From the human T2T-CHM13v2.0 reference genome, Homo sapiens, in NCBI RefSeq assembly GCF_009914755.1, contig NC_060925.1: a DNA stretch of 64,000 bases; one strand, given 5' to 3'. Of this stretch, positions 37,941 through 58,515 are shown piece after piece. The notes below the pieces were generated by a model. The model had not been told where the DNA came from. It saw only the letters and a list, made by a program, of their open reading frames with translations, and did no database searches. The translations under genes and the position numbers were made by a program. The first letter of the stretch is position 1. Every line of letters begins with the position of its first letter.

Positions 37941-39020
37941 GTAATTATTGAGCTTGTACTTCCTATAAAATACCATAAACATCCTTTATTATTCATTGAG
38001 TGTCCAAATTTTTTATTTTAAATTGGAGACAGCCATAGAAGCCCTATATCATGAATCTATAGACTTCAAAGGTGCTAACTCATGCCTCTCTAACCTCACT
38101 AATGACTGCTGTGCTGAGATGTAAAATTATGCTTTGCCTTTAATATGTGTATACATAAAATAAAACTGCACTCTTCCCTGTATTGTTGTTACTTGATTCT
38201 CTAGCTTAGTAACTAACCCTTTCTAAAATTCAATTTAGCAAATATTTTTGGAATGATATACCAGGTTCCACTAGGCCCCAGAAACAGCAAGTGGGGTATG
38301 AACATATCATTTGCATATATAATATGTAAATATAAATACATATATGTATCTATCTATATGTATGTATAATGTATATGATAATAGAATTGATAAATTCTAT
38401 ATTAGCTATATTAAACATGTACAATGGAAAACCTAAAAAGAAACATGTGATGAAAAAATGAATCATGCTTAATGTCAGAATTATCTTTCTATTCTATTTA
38501 AAAATTTACAAAATATAAAGAGGTAATCAAAGAGTATACAGCCAGAAAATGTAGAAAACAGGTATTATAGAGGTATGTTAGATAATTAATTTATAAAAAT
38601 ATTGTTATTTGTCTGGATTTGGGGATGTTTGTGGCATTTGTCAGCTTTTATAAATTTGTAGAGAGTTGTTTTTCACTTCAAATTCTCACTTTCATACCCA
38701 ATTTTGCATTTTTTTTTTCCCTTAAAGAGATTCCCCCACACTGAATAAACTTCAGGTGCCACATTCTGAATCTGCTTGGATATCTATATTTTGTCAGGCA
38801 TTGTCCCGGGAGCTAAGGATACATCAGTGAACAAAATAGAGAAAAAAGGCCTCTCTTCTTTTGTGAAGTTTAGATTCTAATTGGGAGAAACAGACAAAAA
38901 TATAATAAGCACATAAATTAAATAGTATGTTACATGGCTAGTGCTATGTAAAAAAGTTGAGGAGGGTCAGGGGATGAGAGTGCAGGGCAGAGAGCATGAG
39001 TGAGATAAAACTGCAATTTA

Positions 39021-39133
39021 GGCCTGGTGCGGTGGCTCACGCCCATAATCTCAGTACTTTGAGAGGCTGAGGCAGGACAATCACTTGAGTCCAGGAGTTT
39101 GAGACCAGCCTGGGTAACATGGCGAGACCCTGC

Positions 39134-39164
<31 letters not shown>

Positions 39165-39197
39165 TTTAAAAAAAATTACAAAAAAAAAAAAAAAAAG
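39021..39197 (+). mobile_element. FLAM/Alu left monomer with long A tail, inside an L2 fragment (~38790-39270)
   Basis: TSD AAACTGCAA(T/C)TTA. Confidence 0.88.
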
Positions 39198-39889
39198 AAA
39201 CTGCAACTTAAATAGGGTGGCCAGGGTAGGGTTCACCAAGAAGGTGACTGTGAGCAAAGACTTGAAATAATTGGTTACTGATAATACCAATGGTGTCTAG
39301 TACAGTATATTAGTTTAGTGGTCTTGCATTAATGTCCTATTCAGGACTTATTTTAGAATATTTGAAGGTAAAACAACCCCAAAGTTTCAGAAGCAGGAGG
39401 GTAAAGCAGCAATAGTTGGACCAGCGCTAAGAACTGAACACCTCCCTGGGGCACTGGTCTTAGAGATTGGTACTAAACAATAGCGGCGTGAAACCTTCAT
39501 TGGAAGATAATAAAATGGGAACATTGCATTTACCAGGTCATCTTTAGGGGTGAGACCTCCAAGAGGCATGACCCTTAAGGAGATCTACTCTGATTAACTG
39601 TCGAGTTTTCTACTGCTGAGTAGGAAGAGGCAAATATGGAACCTTATCTTGAAGTGTCCAGGACAACAGAGGGCTGAGTACTGCCACCAAGAGTTGTCCT
39701 TCTTACCCACTTACCATTCAACCTTTCCTCTAAATAAAAGTCAGAAAAACAACAAAAAGTAGTTTAAATACTTACAAATTTATAGGATATATTATTGGAC
39801 TGCCCAAGAAATAATAAAAATATGAAAATGGAACCACAACTGTGACAATTTTTAACTTTCTTAGAGCACCATACTTTCTTTTGGCATAG

Positions 39890-40100
39890 GCAGCTGCGGT
39901 ATAGTAGGCAGACTGAAGGACAAGTCAGAACTGGATATGAGTTCTGACTCTGCCACTTTTTAGCCCTGGGCAAATCAGAAAGGGAAAAACTAAGTTTTAT
40001 CATCTATAAAATGGGAATAATAATCTTTCTTTTATGACAATTAAATAATTGTGTTTAAATGAACTTCTTAATCAACAAAGTATCATAGATGTTTCACATA
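39890..40100 (+). mobile_element. MIR
   Basis: Core CTCTGCCACT...CCTGGGCAAATC...CATCTATAAAATGGGAATAATAAT. Confidence 0.75.
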
Positions 40101-41012
40101 GTAACAAAACTATAAGGTAGTCCACAGTAGCTATGTAAGAATCATAGTTATGAAGTATATAATAATTTAACTTACAGTATTTATCAACAAATAGTTAAGA
40201 CAGTACGAAATGCTTTGAAATCTCAATTTACAGTTAGTCTTTATGTAGCTTCAAGAAAGCAATCATCTAACTTCAAGTGAAGACTTTTCAACATCTTTTA
40301 ACGGGATATTAGAGCAGAAGACATATACATCTCATACCTCAAAAGCAGAATAGGTCTTTTCTTACTCACTTGAATACTGAAGGAATGACCCTTAACCAGA
40401 TGAAAGTTCAGCACAAAAATAACTGGCTATTTTCTCAAAATTGCCAGCGAGGTAGAGTGATTCCTAGATGATACTTGTCAGCAAGAAAGATGATCTGAAG
40501 AATGAACAAAAATAGCCTCTGTTTAACAGCTGTGATATCTATAATTTATAAGCTGTGATCATCTCTCATCAGATTGTCTTGATGTTTGGATGAGAATGAA
40601 TGTTTGAAATTTCTATATTTAGTACTTATCAGAAAACAAAGTTTTGTTGTGTCCTATTCTTTTTGATCAATACATTTCAATTTACATATAAACAGTGTTC
40701 AAGAGACTTCATGTTTGAGGAATGTGACCTTGAAACTCTACTGGCATGCAGTGCTATAAATGTTTGACTAATCCTTAATTACTTATCCCCAAACAGAATT
40801 TTTTTTTACTGTTTTAAATTTTTTTATTTCATTGGCAAATAAAAATTGTATATATTCAGTATGTATATGTTTTGAAATATATTGATTGTGGAATGGCTAT
40901 AAGTCAAGCTAATTAACAAACATATTGTATACGAATCTTTTTGTGTGTGTGGTGAGAAGCAAATAAACTTTAATCACTGAAAGAACAACATTAAAGAATG
41001 AGACAATATTAA

Positions 41013-41060
41013 AGGAAGGAAGGAAGGAGGGAAGGAAGGGCGGGAGAGAAGGAAGAGAGG
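41013..41060. repeat. (GGAA)-like purine tract
   Basis: Read directly. Confidence 0.8.
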
Positions 41061-41787
41061 CAGAGATAATCGCTTTATTACCTAATTCTTTGCCAGTCTT
41101 TTTTCTTTTTTTTTTGTGGGGGGAGGGTGGGGAGGTCAGTCTTTGAACACGCTGCCTAGGCATCATGCTTCTAATTTCCTCTTACCACTCTTTTCACTTC
41201 TATATCACATTTATTCTTCCTTTAATATGTGACCTTATACTGGCCTCGCCCTTCACAATTCCTCTGTCGCTTACGTATTTTACTTTCTGTGGGCAGAATA
41301 TTGTTTCCCTTTCCACGTCTTTCCCATTTCCTTCTTGTACAGCTGTATCACATTTCGGTACTATATGTTTATATAAGCGCGTGGTAAAACTACATATTTA
41401 TATAAGCATGTGCTAAAAAACACTCGAGCAAATACCGTGACTGAGATTTTTTGGAAAACTGTGGGCAAATTAGTTAAAATTGAGAGCTCTGGCGGAGAGG
41501 GTCTCTTCCATCTATAGGACAAAATAATTGGGAATTACAGAATAAGTAGAGGAGGACAATTCAAGAGAGCACAGAGCTGCGTGCATTCTCCCTGTGCCGC
41601 GACCTGTATCCAAAAGCCTCAGACGAGACTTGAGGAGCTTCCTAGAGGCTCTCCTGCCACTGCCCCTTTGGCCAGGGCCCTTCCCGCAGTCTCCCCTCCC
41701 GATTCTTCCCTTTTACAGCCCCTCGCTCCCGACATGCGAGGCCCGTCTCTTCTTCCAGTTTGACTTCCAAGTCTTTCCATTCCCTAG

Positions 41788-42351
<564 letters not shown>

Positions 42352-44614
42352 TGAGTACGCGCTGCGGACCGCTGTGCGGGGCTGCCTGACTTGCGGGAGG
42401 CCGAGGGGAGAGGCGGGAGCCCCGGGCCTCCGGCGGGCGCGGGGCTCGGCGGCAGGTGGAGCGGTCCCGGGTCGCGCGGAGCTGGGGCCCCGGGAGGGTG
42501 GCGCGCACCGCCTCGCCTGGCACCGGCGCCCGGGCCCCACAGGGTCCAGGGAAGAGGGCGGGGGTGTGAGCTGAGGATGGGCGTCCTGGGTTCCAGGTTC
42601 CGCGCCCATCTGCCTTTCTGGAGGTCGGAGCAAGGCACTTCTGTGTTCTCTGGACCTCAGTGTCCTCCTCTGCAAAATCGGGAGAACTGGACTCGTTCTG
42701 CGAGGCGCCTTCCAGCTCTGAGCCTGTAGGCTTAGGGCGGGGATCATCCACGCTACTGAGGACTGAGGCGCCGTTTCGTGCCGGGTGCCCTGTTAGGTGC
42801 TTTACATGGAATCTCATTGAATCCTCACAGTGACTTGGTCAACATGTTGTCCTCACCCTAAAGGTGAGAAAACTAGGACCCCTAGAAATGTAGTAACAAG
42901 CCCAAGGTCACACAGAAATGGTCAGTACCAGAGTGAAGTCTAAGATGTCCTCCAATTCTGGTCTTGCTGGGAGGTCCCTGCCATCCCCAGATTCCTTCAC
43001 GTTCCAGGACTCTCGGTTGTTGGGGGTGACTGTTTGGGGGATGCTCCAGGGGCCAGAGGTTGTGAGTCTTTCTTCCTGGGGTGTTGTTTAACGCTGGAAT
43101 GCAGCTGGATTGGGTCAGAGGTTAATTAAAACAGAGAGGTCTGAAGGTGTTTGTGTTTGTAAAATGGCTATGGGAAGACTTCTAGGGTAAGGGAGAGAAA
43201 AAGTTTCCTTGGTGTTTGGAGGATTTGAGGCTGAGGAGGTCAGGACTGCTAAGGCATATTCTGCTAAGGTCTGTCTTCATGGAGATAGGATCCCCTTTTG
43301 GATGTAGAAAAACAGGCTGCTTTTGAAATGTTATACTTTATTCGAGTTAAGTAACTAGTAAGAATAGTTAAGTATGGAACTTTCATTTGTTTTCTTTTTT
43401 GTTAATTAGTCACATGGGATTTAATTAACCTGCCTTCTCTCCAGAATAGAGACAGTTGTTTATTAAAAATACTTTGTTGCAAATCCAGAATTATAAGTGA
43501 AATATTGACCTTTATTTTTTCTCTTTGCTGAAGAAATGCTGGGTAGGCAGTCTGGAAATTTTATTCTGAGGTCTCTATTTCCTTGTAAAATTCATATTTT
43601 AACCCCAAGTCAAGGCTGTTGAATGAGTAGAAGAGACTCATTTTTCATTCCTTTGGTAAGAATCAGCTCCTGTTTTCTTGCACATATTTAATACTCATTC
43701 ATGTGTTCAAAAAACGCTGAGCACCTGCAACGTGGTAGGCACTGTTCTAGGCAATGAGGATACAGCAAGGAAAAAACAGATCTTTTTGTTTAGCTTTCTA
43801 GTAGGAGAAGGCAGACAGTAATCAGAATATATATGTAAAAGGTATGTTTAATTTTATTGAGAAAAACGAATCAGGGAAGGGAAGATAGAGAGTCTTGTGA
43901 GGTTGGCAGTTTTCAATAAGGTGGTCAGACAAGGTGGTATTTTTGCAAAGACCTAAAAAGTTTGTAAAATTCTTTGCTGTCCTGTGAGGGTTATAAAGTC
44001 CTGGGTTATTTTTGAAAGACCTTATAAGTAGAGTGGATAGTTAGAATGTATTTAAGATGAATACAGGACAATCCAGGGATTGGATTAATGCCTGTAATGT
44101 TACTTGTCATTTAGTATTATTATTAAGGACTATTGTGTTACAACATTATACAGTTGCTCAAGCAAACAGCGCCTTTGACATTTGGACATGTACACGCAAA
44201 GTTATATAACTTAACCCTATGTCCTTTCATATTGTGTTAAAAGTTTTTGCTTGTCTTTTTAAGTTCATATACTGTAATCTGAATGTAGAGTAGAATACTC
44301 ATCAGATCAATCAGTCCATTGCCAAAGACAACTTAAATCTCTTGTATGTACTTTTGAATTGTTTCCAGGCACTGGCTTCTTAAAATATAAACAGAAAGAA
44401 CTTTGATTTATGAGAAATTCTTTTCCTGGAGAACCTCTGTCCAATGAACAACCAGTTGAAGGAGTTTTCCTAACACTGTGTTAGATCCTCTCAAAAGTGA
44501 TACCATGGTTTCCTATCCAAGATTAGGATTAGTACAATTGTTACTCATATAATTCTTCAAGGGACAAGCGAAACAAAAAGTCATGTTTTTTTTTTTTGTT
44601 AGAAAACAGCTTTA

Positions 44615-46175
<1,561 letters not shown>

Positions 46176-46267
46176 CAGGTGCATTTTTAATTGTTGTAGA
46201 TTTTAGACATTGCAAAATGAATTTCTACTAAAAAAGCTAATAGGAGATGATGTAATTTTAAAAGCTT

Positions 46268-46436
46268 GGCCAGGTGTGGTGGTCCATGCCTGTAATCCTA
46301 GCACTTTGGGTGACCAAGGCAGGAGGATCCCTTGAGCCCAGGGGTTCAAGACCAGCCTGGGCAGCATAGGGAGACCCTGTCTTTGATTGATTGATTGATT
46401 GATAGAAAGATAGATAGATAGATAGATAGTTAGATA
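46268..46436 (+). mobile_element. FLAM with (GATT)n(GATA)n tetranucleotide tail
   Basis: Monomer 46268-46383 followed by the STR. Confidence 0.88.
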
Positions 46437-46619
46437 AATGGTTATAAAAACATGGAAATGGAGAAGTAAGGAACATTTTATGTGCTTTCTCTCTTGACTT
46501 TTTTCCTTTTTCTTATTTGTTTATTAATTAGTTTTTTTTAGGGACTATGTTGACCAGGCTGTTCTCAAACTTGTGGCCTTAAGCAGTCTATCTGCCTCAG
46601 CCTCACAGTGTTGGGATTA

Positions 46620-47063
<444 letters not shown>

Positions 47064-48701
47064 TTAACAGCAGTAGTTTTAATTTGTTTTTTAAAAGTAT
47101 ATGGAAATCTTTGTATTTGTTAATAAAGCCTTATTTAAAATGTTTTAAATTTTGTCCTTCATTAGTCTATTGTATTATCAGGTTGCTGAGGGACTGTTTT
47201 TGGAAACAGATTATATGGGCTGACAGAGTTTAAAAGTAATGCTTTTTATCTATTTAAAATTTTTCTCTATATTGACTGTTTAGGCTCTCACTCTGGGTAG
47301 GGTAAAACTGTTAGAGAGTTCTTGTAATTAGACTTGTTCATTTCTTATCTAACTTCTCTAAAGGTGATAGAAATTCTAGAAGAATGGTCCTGTTGTTTGT
47401 GTTATATAAAGACTGATTGAAGAAACAAAATTATAGTGCTAATTATTTATTTAAAAAGAAGCCTGCATTTTCAAGATGAGTAGTAGTATATATGTGGTTT
47501 ATGATTTAAACAAATTTTTTTCAACATTTTACTCCAGAAATATGTTTACCCATATGTGGTTTATGAAATAAATATTCTTCATTGGAATTGTACACCAAGG
47601 GATACTTAGGTTCTTTCTTGTCGGCAAAGTCTCACGAAGAAGTTACCCTTTCCATTTTTCAAATAGTTACATGACTGGCCTACAGACTGCTTTCAAGAAA
47701 TTAAGTAAATATTTTACTAATTCCCCACTTGTTTTTGAGATAACAGGAAGGATAAACCAAAACTTAAACAAACAAACAAAAAGTGTTACCTTACTTTGAA
47801 ATGTAAATATCAAGTCCTAAATGATAAATCAAATTTCACACAACTGTCCCATCAATTGATGGAGCTAAAAGTTATGTCTGTGGTATTTTGGTCCCTTGCT
47901 TGACTTGTGTGCTAGTGTGGAAGCCCTGAACAATTTAACTCCCTGGGCCTTGTTTTCTTCCCCTCCTAAAGGATAACACTGGAGTAGCGAATCTGTGAGG
48001 TCCTTTACAATGCTATCATTAAACCGATTTTTAAAAGATTTAACTCCAAAAAAATGGGTATATTTAATTATTCATCCTGGTTAATGAAAATTTGAGTTCC
48101 TGAATCTGAAATGTAGATGTAATGTAGAACAGGGGAAAAGGAAACATATTTGCAATACTTCAGTGATAAAAGGTACAATTTGATTAAGTTGTTACTATAT
48201 TCTAATCACTGTATGATATATGCACTTGATTTTTTTTTATTCCCAGAGTAATCCTCTAAGTTTGGTATTATCTCCATTTAACAAATGAAGAAATTGAGAA
48301 TCAGATACTTTGAGTAACTTGTCCAAAGTTCCAGTGCTATTAAGTGGTAGAGCTAGCAATCAAATTCAGGGTTCTCAGACTGCAAAGTCTCTGCTCTATG
48401 GACTGTAAAGTCAAAATGCCTAGTATGTTCTGAGTTTCAAACTTACAAGGATATAATTTTCTATGTCTGCTCATATTTATCAGAATTGAGAAAATAAGAT
48501 TTAAATGTCTTTCAGTCCATATTTAGAGATAAATAACGTTTTTTGAAATGCCATATATAGATGATTAAAATTTATATTTTTACTTTTCCAACATTTACTT
48601 GGATGCCTCAATCTTTCATTTCTTATTATAAAATGTGCTGAATTCTACCAGTTTTAACCCATGTTTATTAGAAATACTAGTGATTTCAGTGTGTTTACTG
48701 A

Positions 48702-49301
<600 letters not shown>

Positions 49302-52152
49302 TATAAAGGTAATCTTGACTAGTGATTGCCAGTAACCTTTAGTAACCAGACTAAAGAGAACTTGTACAAATGATTTGATGTTCTAGAAGAAAACATTGGT
49401 ATAAGAAGGTATTAGCTCTGGAATTAATTCCATTTCTACTACCAGTTGTCTCACCTTTGGGAAAAACCATTAGATGCTGAGCCTTTGTTTCCTCCTTCGT
49501 AATATGTCAATGATCATACTTGTCCTGCCTACCTTCTGGAATAGTTATGAAGATCAAATGAGTTGAGGTATATAAAATGGCTTTGGAAAAGATAAAATGC
49601 TATACAGATAGATGACACTTGTGGAGATGGTGAGATGCATGGCAATTGTAGGTAAATTCTGCACCCTGTGTTAGAAAGTACTTACTTTCCATTGAAATGC
49701 CTTCAGTTCTCACACCAACATTGAGATAGAGCTGTAGTAATCTGCCCCTATTTTGTGGTTGCCTAGGTTGAAGAAAGCTCTTAATGACTACTTTATCTGT
49801 GCTTTATGATACTTATTAATGTTTATATTAAAAACAATATCCTGTATGACTAAGTCATGTAATTTGCTTTTTCCCAAATATGGAAGATGAATGAAACAAG
49901 AATGAAATGGAAGTAATAGTTAAATAAAAGTGAATGTACACACATTCACAGTAAATTGATTTTACTTTTGAAATTATGCAAATTCTAAACAAGTGTTAAA
50001 TTTTGGTTCCAAAAATGAAATTATGTTTCTTCTCAAATACTAGATTAGTGATTGAATTAAAATCAGTTGAATTATTCTCACAATTAGGTAAATACGTGCT
50101 ATTTAGGTTTCTCTTGCTGATATATATAGATATATATAATATATATATAATTTATATGATTTTTGAATTGTGTCCTTAATATCTGAATGGATTTTGTTCA
50201 TTTGGTGTAGCCAGTTGATTGACTTTCAAAGGGTATTTTAAATAGGAAACAATGTTATAAATGGTAGCTATTTTCATAGTATGTCCACAAAGGCAGCCTG
50301 ATGTAGTATAAATACTCTCTGTAGTATGTTGAACTTAGAAGACCTGGTGTGGAACCTTTGTTTTGTCATAAACCAGCTATGTGGTCAAACTCAATCTGTA
50401 AAAATGGGAATAATACCATATGTTCTCTTCTAGTGTTGTGAGAAGTACATGAGAAAATGTACATAGATGAAAAAGCACTCAGAAGTACTTATGTACTTTT
50501 GTGTATGTAGACACCATTATGTACTTAAACCCACAATTAGCTGAACTATGAGAATAATCTGTGATCTGGTTCTGAGACCAGAAATTTATTGATGAGAGAG
50601 AGGGAAGAATTCACTACCTCCTGTCTTGTTTTACTCTGGTCTTATTTCTGCAAATGAATGTGTTCAGAAACCTGTAATTCTCTAGAAGCTGCTCACTTTT
50701 CACCATCTTCTGTGCATCACTTGGAAGGCACAAACACATTATATATATTTTGTATACATACATATATATGTATGTATGTATTCCAGATCCCATGGTATCC
50801 ATCATAGAAACTCTTGGAGGAAAGAGGCATAAGCTGGGAAGGGGGAAAGTGTGGGCAGCAGATGGCATTTAGTATGAATGGGTCATTTTAAAGTCCTGGT
50901 CCACTTGTAGTAGAACCAAAATGAGGCTATACATATATTTTCAGTACAGATAATACACTCTGAGCTAAAAATGCTTTTCTACCAAACTTTATCTTAACAT
51001 ATCCATATAAATTAGAAAGGATTTTGTAGTTTGGTCATATATTGAGGTAATTACCTCAGTTCCATGAGCTTTCTCCCTTTTTCATGCTGACACAACCATG
51101 CTTTATCTTGCTTCCTTTTGTAAAAACATCCCAAAATGTCCACTTACCTTGTGGTCCATGTTAGCTTTCTTGAAAGCATTTGGTACTGCTTTGTAATAAT
51201 AATACCACCCCATTTATTCTTCTGAGATTCCTGTGGTTTCCTAAATGATAGAGAAAATATTTTGTAGAGGAAGTATTAATAATTTTTGAAGCCAAGCAGA
51301 TAATTTAATTTGACCTAGCAGGAAGATCTAATCTCAAATCCTTTAAGAAATAATGAGTAAGTGGCTGGCACAAGACCCTTAAAGCATTAAATATGTTATA
51401 AAAATGAGAGCAAATCTACCTAGTGTATTTATCAACTACAAATATAAGAGAAATGTAAACCTTAAATCAGGCTTTTATTTTTATCTGTTATTGAAGTGAT
51501 TGAAATGCGTATGAAAAGCAATGTGTTTATTTTGAAATATGATGAACCTTTTTATTTTTAGTATGGTGTTATTAAGGAAAGAATTTCAGGCAGTTATCTC
51601 TGCTAATAATAGAAGCCTTCTTCACCCCTTCAAGGGAACAGTATTCTTGCTTAAGTGGTGTCTTATGTTTGGCAGTGTTTGCCTCTGATAAATTTTATGT
51701 ATTTCTTTGGGTGGTACCTTTGTTTTTAAAATATTCATAATTCTCTTTTTAATCTGCCATTAGATCTTTTTAAACAGCCTTTTATATGATTAAAGATAAT
51801 TTATAAAATCTTGCTATATGTCTCTTACTCTGAATGTTAGTATGTTATTAATATACTTTGTTTTTTCAGAATCATTTTTCTTCAGATTATATATACTATT
51901 AAAACAAGAACAGTGTGTTCTTATTCAACATCTCAGTTTCTAAATTATAAATGAATTATAAGGTAAGTTAAACTGACTGTCATAAAACAATAGATCTAAC
52001 ATTTTTAAATATACCATACTTTTTTTTTTCTAAATGCTTGTTTTACTTGGGCAATATGATAAGTATAAGTTATTTTCATTTTCTTTTTAAAAAAATCATT
52101 TTACTGTTTCTCACAATGTATGTATTTATATATACATATATATATATATATT

Positions 52153-52281
52153 TTTTTTTTTTTGTAGAGACAGGGTCTCACTGTATTGTTCAGGTAGTCT
52201 CAAACTCCTGGGCTCAAGTGATCCACCTATATTGGCCTCCCAGAATGCTGAGATTATAGACATGAGCCACCATGCCCAGCT
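52153..52281 (-). mobile_element. FLAM
   Basis: Single reverse monomer. Confidence 0.85.
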
Positions 52282-52442
52282 TTTTTTTTTTTTTAATGTG
52301 TTTGAGTATAAGTTGGAACTATATGGTGTTCCATAATTGATTCCAGTTTTTCCAGTCTTAATTAATGGAATAATACAATCAATATAAAGTATTTGCTGTG
52401 TTTAGTCATACGGGATTTTAAGCAAAATGTTTTTTACCAGTG

Positions 52443-52560
52443 TTCATCTGCTCATGAGGGATCTTCTCCTATGACCCAAACACCTCCCATTAGGCCCCAT
52501 CTCCAACATTGGAGATTAAATTTCAGTGTGAGATTTGGATAGGACAAATATCCAGACTAT
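52443..52560 (-). mobile_element. MST-family MaLR LTR fragment
   Basis: ATGACCCAAACACCTCCCATTAGGCCCCA.CTCCAACA...GGACAAATATCCA. Confidence 0.75.
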
Positions 52561-52779
52561 GTGAAGTGGCTAAAAGGCAGAAGAACTAGGAAGAGTTTGA
52601 GTCTTGTGAGGCAACAGTTGGAGTTCGCAGTTTATCAAGGAGAGTCTGATAAACAGTTGGGTTTTTGGCTGCAACCCTCTGAAGACGGATATCCTGCTTA
52701 GAATAAGCTTAATCTCAGATTGATCTGCCTCTTACCTTTCTTCTCTGGGGGAAGATAAAACTGTCAGAGCCTCTACAGA

Positions 52780-55010
<2,231 letters not shown>

Positions 55011-55469
55011 AAACCTGAGGACTCTAGAGAAAAAAACACAGATCATGTTTCTTATTTTGTTTTGGAGAGAATTCTAGATCATTCCACAACTCTACTTTAA
55101 AAAGAAATTTTATGGAATGTAAAATTATGTAGTCAACAAGAAAACATTCAGAGGTGGTTAATGAGAATGGAAGGGGAGTTGTTTGAAGACAGGAAAATAA
55201 AGGAGGACGAGTAAGAAGGAGATGAAGCATGTGGAATAAGAGAGACAAAAAGAAAATAGACACATAAGGACCAGAGTTGGAAAGACATTAAGAGAGGGCA
55301 TGGTTTATGACGCTTTGGGATAAGTGTTGCTGGCAGAGTCTACTGAATGCTAATACATTCTCCAACGGTGTTAAAGAGTCTACTGAATGCTAATACATTC
55401 TCCAACAGTGTTGAAGAATTTATAATGGTAAATGTTGTTGTTTTTTTTTTTCTTCCCCCCCCCCGCCAT

Positions 55470-55970
<501 letters not shown>

Positions 55971-56078
55971 TAAACTGTATTCCTGACTATATTTTTTAAT
56001 CTTAAATGATGATGTAAAAATAAAGTTGATTTTCCTGCGGAATCCTAGATTAACTTAAATTTTAAAGAAGTATTTTAT

Positions 56079-56388
56079 TGGCTGGGCACGGTGGCTCATG
56101 CCTGTAATCCTAGCACTTAGGGAGGCCGAGGCAGGTGAATCACATGAGAGGCCAGGCATTCAAAACCAGCCGGCCAAGATGGCAAAACCCTGTCTCTACT
56201 AAAAATACAAAAAATGAGCTGGGCATGGTGGTGCATGTCTGTAATCCCAGCTACTTCAGAGGCTGAGGCAGGAGAATCGCTTGAATCTGGGAAGCAGAGG
56301 TTTCAGTGAGCTGAGATCATGCCACCGCACTCTAGCCTGGGTGACAGAACAAGACTCTGTCTCAAAAAAAAAAAAAGGAAAAAAAAAG
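56079..56388 (+). mobile_element. Alu (AluS-like)
   Basis: Dimeric Alu. Confidence 0.93.
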
Positions 56389-56494
56389 GTATTAAATATT
56401 TTATTTATTTATTTTTCTTTTTATTGCTGCTGCACAAATTAACGTTTTAAAGAAATATTTTAAAGTTACAATCTAAAGCCAGTATAAACACTTA

Positions 56495-56790
<296 letters not shown>

Positions 56791-58059
56791 GCAGAATACA
56801 GCATATCACATAATTAAAGAAGTTAGGTGTAGAGCAAGTCTTTACTAAAATAAATTATTTTCATAAGTCTTTACTGATCTATGTAAAATAGCCCATTTTC
56901 CTGTCACCTTGTCACTCTGCTTTCTTCATGTATCATCATTACATCACTGTTTCTTCTATTAGAAAATTTCCTTATTTTTTGTCTTCTAACACACCAAGCA
57001 CAACTATAATGTTATATATTTGTTTATTATTTATGTTCTCCACCAGAAGGCAAGTTCCATTTATTTTCACAATTCAAGGCAATGCCTAGTACACATCAGA
57101 CACTCAGAACATATTTGTTAAATGAATGAATGAGCAAATGAATGAAAGACTTCAAGGATGTACAAGTTCATTCTCTTAATAACATTTAAGTTCATTTTAC
57201 ATATTTTATTAGGGGATTTAGAGACTCTTAAGACTTTCAGTTGATGTGTTATTTTCTTGGTTTTTCAGCACTTCTTGATGACTAACCTTAGTATATCTGA
57301 TCCATACAAAGGCCACAGCCCTACCCCAGCCTTACTCTCTAACTGAACACAGCAATTCTCCATACTTGATTATTTTCATGCATTGTCCCTCCCTCCTTAG
57401 CCTATCACTACTAGACTCTATCCCTTCACTGTGACCTCATTTCTCAAATCTAATGCTAGAGATAATGCTTATCCTCTTAAGCATGCAAGTGAGCACCCTT
57501 GATACGTTGTAATCAAGGAAACCTGATTATTGAAGGGTAAAATTATGTGAATTTTGAGCTTGGGCGTTAGAGGCAGATACACCATCCTGTCACTCACCAA
57601 TTTCTAATTTCCAGTTTGCTCACTTGTAAATAGGGCATAATAATATTTACCTTGTGGGAGTTTTGGGAATTAAATATGTACATAAAGTACTATTTAATAA
57701 ATATGGTACTTATTTAATAAGTTGTAGATAAAAAGGAAAGGAAGTCTCTTGCTTCCTTGTGAGAACCATCCTTTAGAGAACTTTAAAGGATTTTCAGGGA
57801 AAGGAAATTTGGAGAAGAGCAATGAGATTGTTTTGTTTCACCACGGGCAGAGGTGAAAGGAGCGTTGTGTTGTTTTGGCAGGAGTCTGGGGATGGTAGGG
57901 GTCGGAACATATGTGCATTACATAACGCTGCTGATCACCAGAGTTACGGCTTTTGACATGAATGAGTTAAGGTTGCTGACCACCCCATGAGGCCCAACTG
58001 GCTGATACATGTGTGATCTCTTGGCTCGTCACAGCTTAGGTATATAGTGTCCTCCAAAT

Positions 58060-58515
58060 GTTCTTAACGTTTTTATTGTACTCCATATACAAGAGTATAC
58101 TGGCATCTTTTACGTAAATTCTCAATAAATTTTCACAAACTGAACACATCCACGTAACCACCACTTTGATAAAGACATGGAAAATGACCAGTATCCCAGA
58201 AGTCCCCTTGTGTCCCATATCCCCTTGTTTCCAACCTCCACCCCACCAATGGGAACCACTATCCATGGATAGTTTCACCTGTTTTTGAACTTTATAGAGA
58301 CAGAATTCTACTGTATCTGGCTTCTTTACATGGGATTATGTTTATGAGATCTATCCATGTCATTGCATGTAGTTGTAATTCATTCTCATTGCTATATAGT
58401 ATTGCATTAAGACTATACTATTATTTGTCCATTCTATTACTGATGGAAATTTGGTAGTTTTTACATCTTGGTTGTTATGATTAATGCTATTTTACACATT
58501 CCTGTACTTGTCTTT
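58060..58515 (-). mobile_element. Old L1M 3' end
   Basis: GAACACATCCACGTAACCACCAC, CCAGAAGTCCCC, TTTATGAGATCTATCCATGT. Confidence 0.7.

Noticed and set aside
38450-38780. Possible hAT-Tip100 (Arthur1-like) fragment
   Set aside because: Resemblance limited to a short diverged terminus; boundaries cannot be supported.
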